From: a virus
Reading direction: 5' to 3' (one strand)
DNA length: 64,000 bases
IMG/VR virus record: IMGVR_UViG_3300029525_000001
Coordinates: 1,939-65,938 of that record
The notes beneath the pieces are model-generated. The model saw nothing but the letters and a program-made list of their open reading frames with translations. It had not been told where the DNA came from and searched no databases. Positions 50,813-60,527 of this stretch are shown piece by piece. Within the stretch, counting starts at the first letter, position 1; the number at the start of each line of letters is the position of its first letter. A program made the position numbers and the translations under genes.

Positions 50813-51154
50813 ATGGGAAAGATATTGAATTATAAGATACTCGGCACGGCTTTAAAGTCGCTCAGTGATGCTTGTTTCAAGGCAGACGAGCAACAGAGAA
50901 ATGGCGAGAAGGTCACCGCTTGCGGAATGAGCGATGATGACCTAGATAGATTGTGTGACATCATCCCCGATATGCTCAATCCGATGCTATCTACCGAGGA
51001 AGTTAAAGAAAAACTGCACGTTTCTGATGCTACCCTCAATCGTATGGTTGCTAGGGGTGACATTCCGAATGGCGAGTGCAAGAAGCGTGGGCACACCAGA
51101 TATTGGAAGAAGTGGGATATTCTGCACTTCATTAAGAGTAAGAGAGGTAAGTGA
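50813..51154 (+). CDS. HTH DNA-binding protein (excisionase/AlpA-like)
   Basis: MLSTEEVKEKLHVSDATLNRMVARGDIP; followed by a terminator at about 51140-51170. Confidence 0.75.
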   Translation: MGKILNYKILGTALKSLSDACFKADEQQRNGEKVTACGMSDDDLDRLCDIIPDMLNPMLSTEEVKEKLHVSDATLNRMVARGDIPNGECKKRGHTRYWKKWDILHFIKSKRGK

Positions 51155-51190
51155 TTGCCTCTCTTTTTTTGTTATTTATGATATTACCTC

Positions 51191-51275
51191 CTATCACCTT
51201 AAATCACTGATAATCAAGCAATAAAAGAAAGTGTGATAGAGTTATATTTGCTCTCCCCTTTTCTTCGTACCTTTG
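51191..51275 (+). promoter_or_regulatory. promoter with an upstream inverted repeat (candidate operator)
   Basis: CTATCAC (51191) / GTGATAG (51233); TTTG (51247)-17 nt-TACCTTTG (51268). Confidence 0.6.
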
Positions 51276-51331
51276 CATCCGTAACGTTACAATAGTGTTA
51301 GTTAATATTAAGGATTTCAAAAGATTGTATT

Positions 51332-52057
51332 ATGGAAATGACAGATGCAAAGGTCGTAGAGAAGAAAATCTACGAAGAGGGAAAGAAGCACGATGATTAT
51401 GCTTCTAAGGCAACAGGAAATGCTGGTCTTACCCTTGGTATCATTGGCACGGCACTCGGTGCTGGTGCTTGGTTATTTGGAGGTAATCGCAGTGTGTTTG
51501 GTTCACTCGGCGGCAATATGCCTGAGAACGTTAACATCAACGCTTACGGTTATGGCGCAAATGCGAATGCTAATCAGCCAACTGCCTTGCAGGTAATGGA
51601 GAAGGAATGCGCTGATGAGGTTAAGCTGCTTACCGACATGTTCGGTTTGAAGCTCGACACCGCTAACAAGTTCTACGCTATGCGTGAAACTGACATCGCA
51701 GAGAAGTTCTCTATGTATAAGGGTGCTAACGATGCTATCAACGCTGAGAACCGCCGTGCAATGCAGGCTGAGTTTGGTTTGTACAAGTCTCAAATTGATG
51801 CGGACTTCGGTTTGTACAAGAATCAGAGAGACCAGTATGACGCACTACAGGCTAAGTATAGCGACCTCGACAAGAAGGTAGCCGTGATGGAAGCCCTCAC
51901 TCCTTACAAGGAGAAGCTTATGATGGCTTACGTTAACGAGAAGACCTGCAATTGCTTGCGTGGTCAGTTGGTACTCCCATCTACGCCAGTAATTTCGGGC
52001 TACGGCAGCTATTGTTGTAACAGCACTGCTCCTTCCACGCCCACTACAGGAGCGTAA
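51332..52057 (+). CDS. Gly-rich membrane-segment, coiled-coil, Cys-tailed protein
   Basis: GNAGLTLGIIGTALGAGAW, repeated FGLYK, and CNC/YCC near the C-terminus. Confidence 0.75.
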   Translation: MEMTDAKVVEKKIYEEGKKHDDYASKATGNAGLTLGIIGTALGAGAWLFGGNRSVFGSLGGNMPENVNINAYGYGANANANQPTALQVMEKECADEVKLLTDMFGLKLDTANKFYAMRETDIAEKFSMYKGANDAINAENRRAMQAEFGLYKSQIDADFGLYKNQRDQYDALQAKYSDLDKKVAVMEALTPYKEKLMMAYVNEKTCNCLRGQLVLPSTPVISGYGSYCCNSTAPSTPTTGA

Positions 52058-52177
52058 CAGAGCAAGAAAGTCCGTAAAAAAGACTAAGAAAAAATGAGTT
52101 GGTGAGGGGTGTTTGCCCTCGTTGGTGGATGCCCTCTCACCTCTCTATAATATATCACCAACTTAAAGATATTGATT

Positions 52178-52678
52178 ATGATGAATTTCGGAAACAGCCC
52201 TTTGCTTGATATGGGCACAAGTCAGCAACAGCCGCAAATGATGGATGCTGAGCTACAGAAGATGTATGAGGCAATACAACAGAAGCGAGCATCTATCAAT
52301 ATGCAGACGCAGGTATCTTCTACTCCACTCTTCGATGAGATAGATAAGATAGAGGATAGTTTTACAGATACTCAGAAGCAGTTCTTGATACAAAACCAAG
52401 AATACGTGGAGAGTTTGCAGTACGTATCTAAGCTTGTGCAAGATGAGGAACTACGCATTATCCGACCTCGTATAGAGCAGACAGAGCAAGGCAAGGAGGC
52501 TTTGAAGCATCACCTATCCATCGTAACAAAGCTAAAGAAGGAGATGGCTAAGGAGGAGGAACAGAAGCGAGCCTTGCTTGATGACTACCTCACCAATTAT
52601 CCAGATATGGCATACAAGGATTATCTCGCAATGATTAATGGTCAGAATCAAGCTAAGAAAGGAGGGTCTAAGAAATGA
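52178..52678 (+). CDS. Gln-rich coiled-coil hypothetical protein
   Basis: ORF within the module. Confidence 0.7.
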   Translation: MMNFGNSPLLDMGTSQQQPQMMDAELQKMYEAIQQKRASINMQTQVSSTPLFDEIDKIEDSFTDTQKQFLIQNQEYVESLQYVSKLVQDEELRIIRPRIEQTEQGKEALKHHLSIVTKLKKEMAKEEEQKRALLDDYLTNYPDMAYKDYLAMINGQNQAKKGGSKK

Positions 52679-53106
52679 ATATAACAGAGCTTAAAGAGAA
52701 ACTGCTTGAATCGGTTGACGTTTGGGCAGACGCAAGAATAGACGATATGGTTAAGGCTAACCCGATGCTAGCCATACCATCAGTGTATATGAAACGTGCG
52801 GCGCATAATATCATATCCAAGAATAAGGATAAGTGGAATAAATCGATAGACAACGCTACCCTATTCATCGCCGATGAGAACGGAAACATAGATGCCAACA
52901 CGATATTTGAAGATATGATGCAGATGCTAAAATCCGTGGAAGATTACAAATTCGATGTAGGTTTTATTCACGGACATATCGATAAAGGCGTTGTGTCTAT
53001 TGACCTGCCGGATGGAATTGCAACCGCTATCCTCTTTGGAAGCAAGCGAAGCATCAATTTCACGGAGGAGGATTTTGCAGAGTTAAAAGATTTGATAATA
53101 GGTTAA
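52675..53106 (+). CDS. hypothetical protein
   Basis: ATGA overlap with the upstream gene. Confidence 0.7.
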   Translation: MNITELKEKLLESVDVWADARIDDMVKANPMLAIPSVYMKRAAHNIISKNKDKWNKSIDNATLFIADENGNIDANTIFEDMMQMLKSVEDYKFDVGFIHGHIDKGVVSIDLPDGIATAILFGSKRSINFTEEDFAELKDLIIG

Positions 53107-53118
53107 AATATATAAGAT

Positions 53119-53625
53119 ATGGAAACAAAAGACATTATGAGTAAGTTTGATGAGCTGTATGGGATAATGGCATCATCAGCAAACGTAAAGTATATGCACG
53201 TATTTGGAGATACGATGCGCTGCATGATGAAGGATATGGCATCGAAGCACCCAGAGCTTGCGCAAGAGTACGTTGAAAAACTTTGTGCAATTAAGTGGAA
53301 GAACTATCTCACTAAGAAGGAGGCTTCAGAGATTGTGAACGGAATGAATCCAGCTGCAACTTGGGATATGCAGACATGGCTCAATGCTATGACTGGTCTC
53401 GGACTTGTAACAGAGGAGAAACCTTACTACAATGACTACGCTTTGTACGTTGCCATGAATCAGGTTGTAAGCGACCATGGATGCACCATCGCCAAGATAC
53501 TCGGCAAGGAAGATGTTAAGGAGATTGATACAGAACATTTGGTGAAGTATGCACACAGCCTTGCACTCGACTTGTTGAAAGACAAGGATGGCGTGTATAA
53601 TATCAGAGAGTATTTTCTGAAGTAA
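53119..53625 (+). CDS. helical hypothetical protein
   Basis: YNDYALYVAMNQVVSDHG...ALDLLKDKDG. Confidence 0.7.
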   Translation: METKDIMSKFDELYGIMASSANVKYMHVFGDTMRCMMKDMASKHPELAQEYVEKLCAIKWKNYLTKKEASEIVNGMNPAATWDMQTWLNAMTGLGLVTEEKPYYNDYALYVAMNQVVSDHGCTIAKILGKEDVKEIDTEHLVKYAHSLALDLLKDKDGVYNIREYFLK

Positions 53626-53643
53626 CATTAAAAACATACGGTT

Positions 53644-54072
53644 ATGAAAAAGGTATTTGAAAACATATTGGCAAGCAACGATATACAGGCTATTAAGAAT
53701 TGTGTTGCGACAATGGCTGATTGTTGCGAAGTTGGAATGAATGACGGTGTAATGCTTGATATGATGAAGCAAGTTCAATGTGAGATTGGTGAGTGCCATT
53801 TTGATGAAGAAATGGCAGACTTACATCTTTGTCTCATTAACCAGCTCTACACAAAGGATGTGGCGAAAGACTATTGGCACGAAGTTAAAAACGACAACAT
53901 CACAATTAATGATTGGTGTGTTCTTTGGGGTGAAATGGTTAAACGCAATGACGAAAAAATAAAGAAATGGTTTCCTAAAATCAATGCGCTCGATTATGAA
54001 CGTAAGATTTTCGATGAGTGCATTTCTTTCTTAAATAACGGAGAATTGCCGTATCATGATTTAAAAGTATAA
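53644..54072 (+). CDS. helical hypothetical protein, possible distant paralogue of 53119-53625
   Basis: Similar size and layout (HFDEEMA vs YLTKKEA). Confidence 0.6.
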   Translation: MKKVFENILASNDIQAIKNCVATMADCCEVGMNDGVMLDMMKQVQCEIGECHFDEEMADLHLCLINQLYTKDVAKDYWHEVKNDNITINDWCVLWGEMVKRNDEKIKKWFPKINALDYERKIFDECISFLNNGELPYHDLKV

Positions 54073-54171
54073 AGTTTTTCGTTATTCTGAATGAAGTTTC
54101 GGTTTTTTTTTGCTATCTTTGCATAAGAAGACCGAAACTTTATTTTTATTTATTATTCAGGATAACAGATT

Positions 54172-54687
54172 ATGATAGATTTATTAGATTCTTCGCAAAT
54201 TCGGCAGATAGGTGTTACTATATTTTCAGCTATACTTGCCTTTGCAACGCCAACAGAAGGTTTTGTTTTGGCGTTGGTTATCGCCTTTGGCTTCAACATC
54301 TTCTGTGGTATGCGAGCTGACGGCGTGAGTGTTGTACGATGCAAGAACTTTTCTGCATCAAAGTTCAAGAACGCACTTTTAGAGATGCTCTTGTATATTG
54401 TTATTGTGTATGTCATGTATGGAATCATGGTAAGTTGCAACGACAATACAGAAGCATTATTTGTGATTAAAATGCTTACGTACATATTTTGCTATGTGTA
54501 TATATGCAATTCGTTTAAAAATCTCATTAAGGCGTACCCTAAAAATGTTGCATTCAGAGTTATTTATTATGTTCTGAGGTTTGAGTTTGCGAAGGCATTG
54601 CCGAGCTATTGGAAACCGATATTGGATAGATTAAATCAGGAGTTTGATAAAAAAGAGGAGGAAAACAAAAATGGAAGTACTAATTGA
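54172..54687 (+). CDS. holin
   Basis: Several transmembrane segments, a charged C-terminus, and overlap with the endolysin gene. Confidence 0.75.
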   Translation: MIDLLDSSQIRQIGVTIFSAILAFATPTEGFVLALVIAFGFNIFCGMRADGVSVVRCKNFSASKFKNALLEMLLYIVIVYVMYGIMVSCNDNTEALFVIKMLTYIFCYVYICNSFKNLIKAYPKNVAFRVIYYVLRFEFAKALPSYWKPILDRLNQEFDKKEEENKNGSTN

Positions 54688-55105
54688 TAGAGCTTGGAAA
54701 AAGGATGGCTATACTATTAGCCGTCTGTACGTTAATGGCAAATTGTTCGGATGCAATACTCTTGAAGATACTGATAGAGGATTGCGCCAAGATATGCAGC
54801 TTGAAGAAATCAAGAAGAAGAAGGTTTATGGGAAGACTGCAATACCAAGCGGCAGTTATGAATGCGTATATACCTACTCTAACAGATTCAAGAAGATGTT
54901 GCCATTGCTTCTGAATGTCAAAGGATTTGAAGGAATACGCATACATAGCGGTAACTCTGCAAAAGATACTGAGGGGTGTATTCTTATCGGTAAAAACGAT
55001 AAGAAAGGATGGGTTAGCGATTCTCGATTTTTGACAAGCAAGCTCATTCAGACCATGAAGACAGCTTGGGATAAAAAGGAAAAAGTAACGATTGTAATTC
55101 AGTAG
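54671..55105 (+). CDS. DUF5675-family putative endolysin
   Basis: YTISRL...CNTLED...TAIPSG...GIRIHSGN...DTEGCILIG; probable start ATG 54671. Confidence 0.85.
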   Translation: MEVLIDRAWKKDGYTISRLYVNGKLFGCNTLEDTDRGLRQDMQLEEIKKKKVYGKTAIPSGSYECVYTYSNRFKKMLPLLLNVKGFEGIRIHSGNSAKDTEGCILIGKNDKKGWVSDSRFLTSKLIQTMKTAWDKKEKVTIVIQ

Positions 55106-55108
55106 CTT

Positions 55109-55705
55109 ATGAGATTAATTGATAAGATAGCAAAAGTGATAACCATCATTGCAGTAGCAATGCTGATTCTATCAATGTTCTGTAGATGTAAGGCGAAAGA
55201 GCGAGTGATAGAAAAACAGACATACATCACTGATAAACGTAACGAGGCTAAGTGGGATTCACTCTTTAACGCAAGGCTTATTAAAGAGTTGGAATCTTAT
55301 AAAGCAGCACATAAGGAATCCGTGAAGTCCACCACAAAAGAGAAGACGCATATAAAGGACAGCACAGCTTCGAAATATGACGCAAATGGAAATAAAATTG
55401 GAGAAGATAGATTCCATTACGAATATCACGAAATATCACAGGAATATGTACAAATGCTGAGAGATAGTATTTCTAGTCTTAAAGAATACAAGGATAGTGC
55501 TGCGATATATCATAGCAAGTGTGATTCATTAATCTCAGTGATAAGTAAAATATCGAAAGATAAAATATATGTAGAGAAGCAACTATCAAAGGCAGATAAA
55601 GCTTTCTTGAATATAGGTAAGATAGCATCAGTTTGTCTTTTTATAGGTATTCTCGCATTTTTAGGTTGGATATACTGGAAGTTAAAACTACATAAACGTT
55701 CTTAG
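55109..55705 (+). CDS. spanin-like protein (N-terminal signal/Cys, C-terminal transmembrane helix)
   Basis: Follows the endolysin; topology resembles unimolecular spanins (inference). Confidence 0.55.
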   Translation: MRLIDKIAKVITIIAVAMLILSMFCRCKAKERVIEKQTYITDKRNEAKWDSLFNARLIKELESYKAAHKESVKSTTKEKTHIKDSTASKYDANGNKIGEDRFHYEYHEISQEYVQMLRDSISSLKEYKDSAAIYHSKCDSLISVISKISKDKIYVEKQLSKADKAFLNIGKIASVCLFIGILAFLGWIYWKLKLHKRS

Positions 55706-55746
55706 TTTTTTCTAATGTTTTTATTTGGTTATTAGTTGATACAAAC

Positions 55747-55783
55747 AAAAAGGGGTGACCGCACGCGATGTGTAGCCACCCCT
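55747..55783 (-). terminator. terminator of the leftward accessory operon
   Basis: AGGGGTGGCTACAC-ATCGC-GTGCGGTCACCCCT-TTTT. Confidence 0.7.
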
Positions 55784-55807
55784 AAACATATAGATAATGC
55801 ACAGAAG

Positions 55808-56293
55808 TTATTCGTCAGCCAGAATAAAAGAGATTCCATACTTTTCTGTATAGTAATTCTCGTTTTTCACACGTCTTGTTTGCGAATCGTAATATAATAC
55901 AGTTTTGTCAACAGTTTCATAGAAATAGCCATACTTTTGCATAAGATGATACATCGCATTTTGTATGCGCTTTGGAGTGATACGAACTTTATATTTTGTA
56001 TTTTGTTCTAGACCGCTTCTTACACGCCACGATTCCATCTTTCTTGTATGAGTAATCTTCTTACTCAGTTTAGAATAATCGTATGATTTTCTACCAGAAG
56101 ACCTTCGTTGCCTTACGTATTCATCTATTCTTTTCTGTGTTTCTTCGGTGTGCCTAAGATGATTCTTTGCAGCACACCGAATTATAGTAGTCTTGGCAAA
56201 TCCAGTAGCATCTGCTATTTCCCTTGAAGACATCGTGGGATATAACTCAATTACTTTCTCTGTAAGACCTTTTACTTTAGAGTACCATACCAT
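55808..56293 (-). CDS. HTH DNA-binding protein
   Basis: MSSREIADATGFAKTTIIRCA; probable start ATG 56293. Confidence 0.65.
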   Translation of the reverse strand: MVWYSKVKGLTEKVIELYPTMSSREIADATGFAKTTIIRCAAKNHLRHTEETQKRIDEYVRQRRSSGRKSYDYSKLSKKITHTRKMESWRVRSGLEQNTKYKVRITPKRIQNAMYHLMQKYGYFYETVDKTVLYYDSQTRRVKNENYYTEKYGISFILADE

Positions 56294-56936
56294 TCTTATC
56301 AGAAGAGCCGTAGCCGTTATCACCACGTTCTGTTTTGTTTAATTCATCCGTCTCTACAAACATGATGTTGTCACTTGTTTCTAGGTGAAATTGCACGATT
56401 TTATCACCAACCTTGTATCGCGGCATATTTGGCATAACATGATAGAATACGGCAGAAATCTCGCCAGTATATGGGTCATCGATAGTGCCTTCACAATTAC
56501 TGAGAATCATACCAGTCTTATATACGGAAGAACGAGGACGAAACGTGAAGCATCTCGAAATATCGGCAGGTTTGTTGCGATTTTCAATCTGCAAAGCAAA
56601 TCCAAGACCATACTTCCACACATTAGGGGCAACCTCTTCTTCTGATACCGCATAGCAGTCGTAGCAGAAATCATCGTTATGCGCCTTAGATGGCATGATA
56701 GCGTTCTCGTTTGTCTTCTTAAACAAGACTGGCACGCCAATAACCTCGGTGAATCTATCAATTTCCACGCCATCGACGTTCACCTTTCCGTAGAACATAT
56801 CAGCAGGGCGAGTCCAAACCTTGCGCTCCCCATAGAGAGCCTGATAAACAACTTCTTTCTCCTGAGTTTCACTATTAGTGACCTCAGTAATAAATCTGTA
56901 ATAACCTCCTTTGAGATGTCTGTAAATCTTTTCCAT
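56277..56936 (-). CDS. dut: DUF1653-dUTPase fusion
   Basis: N-terminal YRHLKG...VVYQALYGERKVWTRPADMF; dUTPase motifs RPRSS, GTIDDPYTGEI, GDKIVQ and RGDNGYGSS. Confidence 0.88.
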   Translation of the reverse strand: MEKIYRHLKGGYYRFITEVTNSETQEKEVVYQALYGERKVWTRPADMFYGKVNVDGVEIDRFTEVIGVPVLFKKTNENAIMPSKAHNDDFCYDCYAVSEEEVAPNVWKYGLGFALQIENRNKPADISRCFTFRPRSSVYKTGMILSNCEGTIDDPYTGEISAVFYHVMPNMPRYKVGDKIVQFHLETSDNIMFVETDELNKTERGDNGYGSSDKNGMVL

Positions 56937-57084
56937 TTTATATTTAAAGTTTAAAATTCATGTTTCTTGCAAACCTTATCACAAGATGTTTCGCAATCTT
57001 TTTTGTAGCACCATCCATTGCCTAAGATGTCTTCGCATCCCATCCAAAGGCAGTTACCACAACATCTTTCTTCATCATCCTTCA

Positions 57085-57309
57085 TCATTCTTCCACCTCC
57101 TCCCAATCGGTAGCCAGAATACATTCAGTAGGTATAGCTGCAACACCTAAAGAGAACATATTAGACATACACGTTCTGTATGATATTGTTTGAGGGAAAC
57201 AGCCGCCTCCGCATATAGCAAATATGTATTCGCTATTTTTACGTCTAACATTCTTCCCTTCCTTCATTCTTCTCAGAGCCTCCGAGAAGTCAAATGTTTT
57301 GTTGCTCAT
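57085..57309 (-). CDS. DUF2829/Tad2-like protein
   Basis: FDFSEALRRMKEGKNVRR...ILATDWEEV. Confidence 0.65.
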   Translation of the reverse strand: MSNKTFDFSEALRRMKEGKNVRRKNSEYIFAICGGGCFPQTISYRTCMSNMFSLGVAAIPTECILATDWEEVEE

Positions 57310-57324
57310 AATTACTTGTATTTA

Positions 57325-57543
57325 TTACTTACTCTTTTTGAATGTCGCAAGTATATAGATTGAACCGAAACAAGGTATCGTAGATGCTGTTATCAATGCA
57401 GATGGTGGTATTAGGTTATATTGTACTAATTCCCAACCTTCATAGCCTTCTTGATTGAATCTGCCAGTTAGAACCTTGGCAATCTCATCGGCTTTATCAA
57501 TAACTATCGAAGTTACCATGTATTCATATTCATACTTTGCCAT
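57325..57543 (-). CDS. DUF4177-like protein
   Basis: KYEY...FNQEGYEGWELV...FKK. Confidence 0.7.
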   Translation of the reverse strand: MAKYEYEYMVTSIVIDKADEIAKVLTGRFNQEGYEGWELVQYNLIPPSALITASTIPCFGSIYILATFKKSK

Positions 57544-59736
57544 ATTTCTTCTTTTTACTTGTTAAACTTATCGCCTTGGTGATGCGGTGGTCTATACTTT
57601 TATGTGTAAGCATCAAATTGTGTTTCATCTTCCAATAAGGAAGATTTATTACATGAAACCAATGACTGTTCTTTTTCATCAGTAGCCTTGCTTTCATTAT
57701 CTTTTTTGCTAGTCTAATCTTCATAAGCTTTTACCTGTTAAGTATTCTAACCAATCGGAAAAACGCATAAACCATTTTGGCAGAGGTGCAGCTCTACCAA
57801 CATACGAGCTTAGTGGAATAATAACAAATCCTGTTATTTTAATATATAGGCAAGCTATAATACACAAAGCTACATAAGGGATTGAGAAAATCACAGCCAA
57901 TACAATTACTGAATAAAATAATATTTTCTTCATTCTTTACCTTCCTTTCTGTCGAATTTATTGCCAATAATCTTCAAAAGACTTGTGTGGCTAGCACATA
58001 CACGCATAGTTGAAAACATACCAGCCTTTTCATATACATAACCACAAACATGTCTTTTCCACTTTATCGCTGACACTATACCGCTATCTTCATCGTACAA
58101 AAGGTCATTTTCAAAGATTTCTTTACCATTCTTGTCTTTTAGTCCTGTGAACTGGCAGACTGTAGAAGGGTCAACTTCTGATACATTAAATCCGTTTCTT
58201 AATATTGCAATCTTACCATCTTCTTTATGAATTAAATCTCCTTGTACCCAAGCTCCATCTAAGATACTCTTTGCCTTGAATTTAATATCTTCTACTTTCA
58301 TAAGCTACTTATATAAAATTGTTACTCTTCTACTTCTATCAACCTTCAATATAGCATCCTTGGCTTTATCAATCGAAGAAAACAAATACTCTGGGCAAAG
58401 GTTATATGCACCATAATCCCAATAATTGATAAGTCCTAAGAGCAATGAATGTCTCTTATCTACACGAAAAGCAAAGATTGGCTCATTCCAAGAATCATAA
58501 TGTACGCCTTTAACAGCCTTGCTTTTACGATACATATCTACTATTCTATAGGTTGCCATAACTATTTTGCTTTAACGTTATACACTCCATTAATGACCTA
58601 ACCCCATCGCACACAGGACAATAGTGTTTACCATCAATCATCTTCCAGTTTGAGAAGTCTTCAATATCAGTACTTTTGTCGTGGAATAGTGCAGAGCAAG
58701 TGTCTGTACCGCCAAATACTTCTCCGCATCTATCGCAAACAATCTGATACATTGTAATCGGTCTATACATAAGCTATTCTTATTTAAGTTCGACTGGCTC
58801 ATCGGAAAAAGACAATTCTCTTCCGATGAGCTTCTTAATGCTGCCACTTGGAAGTTGAAAACCATAAGCCCCATATCTATCTTGTGGCAACCAATAATTA
58901 TGTTCGATACAATCACCAGCCCACATATCTGGCTTGCAGTTGAATATCCATTCTCCGATATAATCTTTTGCTACCCATGCCATAACTATATCTTTTTAAG
59001 TTTAATTTTTATTGCCTTCAAATTTCTTTCACCTCCATCCCAGAAGCATGAACGTCTAAGATAGAAAGGTTGACCTTTAAGCCAAGGGAACTTATCATAG
59101 AAAGCCTTCCATTTAGCCTTTCCTGCGTTCAAAGAAGGTACTTCAATACAGCTTCTAGCATGGCAGCTACCAAAGACCAATGTATTATCGCAAACATTTT
59201 TATCCATAATTATTCCTCCGTTTTTATATAAGGACAAACAACTACCTTTCGATAGTGCTTACATTCATCCTTGTAATCGCAAAAATCACAAAAACAATAT
59301 GCCATAACTATTCCTCCACTTTTACTCCAAATGGAGCCCCATCATCAAAGGTACATGACTCCATTATGTATTTAAAATTAAAACATGAATTTGAATCTAG
59401 ACTTGTACTAATTGAATTAATTCCATCAGAGATAGAAGGGATTTGAATCCGATGTCCATCTTTTTTATCCTTCAAGATTGAAAACGGCTTATGCTTACGC
59501 ATTTCAGTCCAGCACTCTATAGCATCCTTGAAAGGACGGTACTCAGACTCAGGTTCTAGATTTGGCTTAATGCGATACTCTTTATTGCCATTAAACTCTA
59601 TAACCTTTATTTCTGCCCATTCATTCGGAACATTCTCATCTTCTATGGCACTTGGTTTGGTTCTACACTCAATTACCCTTCCTTCTGCAAAAGCTTGCAT
59701 AATAGGATAAAATTCTTTAGCTTGATTTCTGTCCAT
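57530..59736 (-). other. small hypothetical CDSs (57530-57724, 57721-57933, 58305-58559, 58546-58770 zinc-ribbon, 58780-58983, 58986-59237, 59308-59736)
   Basis: Tightly packed co-oriented ORFs. Confidence 0.65.
57930..58301 (-). CDS. YopX family protein
   Basis: IKFKAK...WVQGDL...VDPSTVCQFTGLKDKNGKEIFEND...IIGNKFD. Confidence 0.88.
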   Translation of the reverse strand: MKVEDIKFKAKSILDGAWVQGDLIHKEDGKIAILRNGFNVSEVDPSTVCQFTGLKDKNGKEIFENDLLYDEDSGIVSAIKWKRHVCGYVYEKAGMFSTMRVCASHTSLLKIIGNKFDRKEGKE

Positions 59737-60220
59737 ATTACTTTACTTATTAATTATCATCATTATTAGCAGGGCAATTGGAGTACTCTGGACAATAGTC
59801 ACAAGACTGCCCATCTTTAAGTCTCCAACACGTATAGCCTTCGTAAGGTTCTATCATACTCAATCCTCCAATTCTTTAAGTGCTTTGTTTAAATACATTA
59901 TAGCTTCAGCTTTTTGAGTACTTATAAGCCAACTCATAGAGTTCAAAATTTGAATAGAATTATTGATGTATTCTTTAGCATTTTTTATACTCATTGCTTG
60001 TCCTCCTTAATTCTTTACAATAGTAATTTCTACAGCTCTACAAAACGATGCTTTAAGCTCATTTATCACCTTTACTGGTATATACTTCTCATCTACAGGA
60101 ACAATATAAGTTTCCTTACCTATAACCGCACCTCCATCAGGATTTTGGTCTGTGAATGTTATTGCTATTTTCATATTCTCTTCTTTTTACCCTCTCCCTA
60201 TTGCAGGAGAGGGTGGTTGA

Positions 60221-60493
60221 TTACTTAGATGGCTCAGTATATGATACTGGTTCCCAAACATCATAAGCCGTCAGTAAAGCAGGAGCGATAACTGATGGAG
60301 CGAAGATGATTGAAACTACAACATCTGGAGCATTCAACTCGTAGTTAACACCTTCTACTTTGTTTTCCTTACTAGCCCAGCCATAAGGCTTTGCTGTAAT
60401 CGTAGAGCCATCTTTCTTTTTAAAAGTCTTCTCGCTAGAGCAAGAAGCGAACAAACTTGCAACGACTAAGGCTGCCAAAATAATCTTTTTCAT
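60221..60493 (-). CDS. small lipoprotein with a C-terminal hydrophobic segment
   Basis: MKKIILAALVVASLFASC lipobox. Confidence 0.75.
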   Translation of the reverse strand: MKKIILAALVVASLFASCSSEKTFKKKDGSTITAKPYGWASKENKVEGVNYELNAPDVVVSIIFAPSVIAPALLTAYDVWEPVSYTEPSK

Positions 60494-60527
60494 ATTACTT
60501 GTATTTATGTCCTATAAGGACGGTTAG

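Noticed and set aside
54094..54140. Invertible promoter (phase variation) controlled by the serine recombinase
   Set aside because: The repeats are only about 27 nt apart and enclose just the -7 box, much shorter than known Bacteroides invertible promoters.
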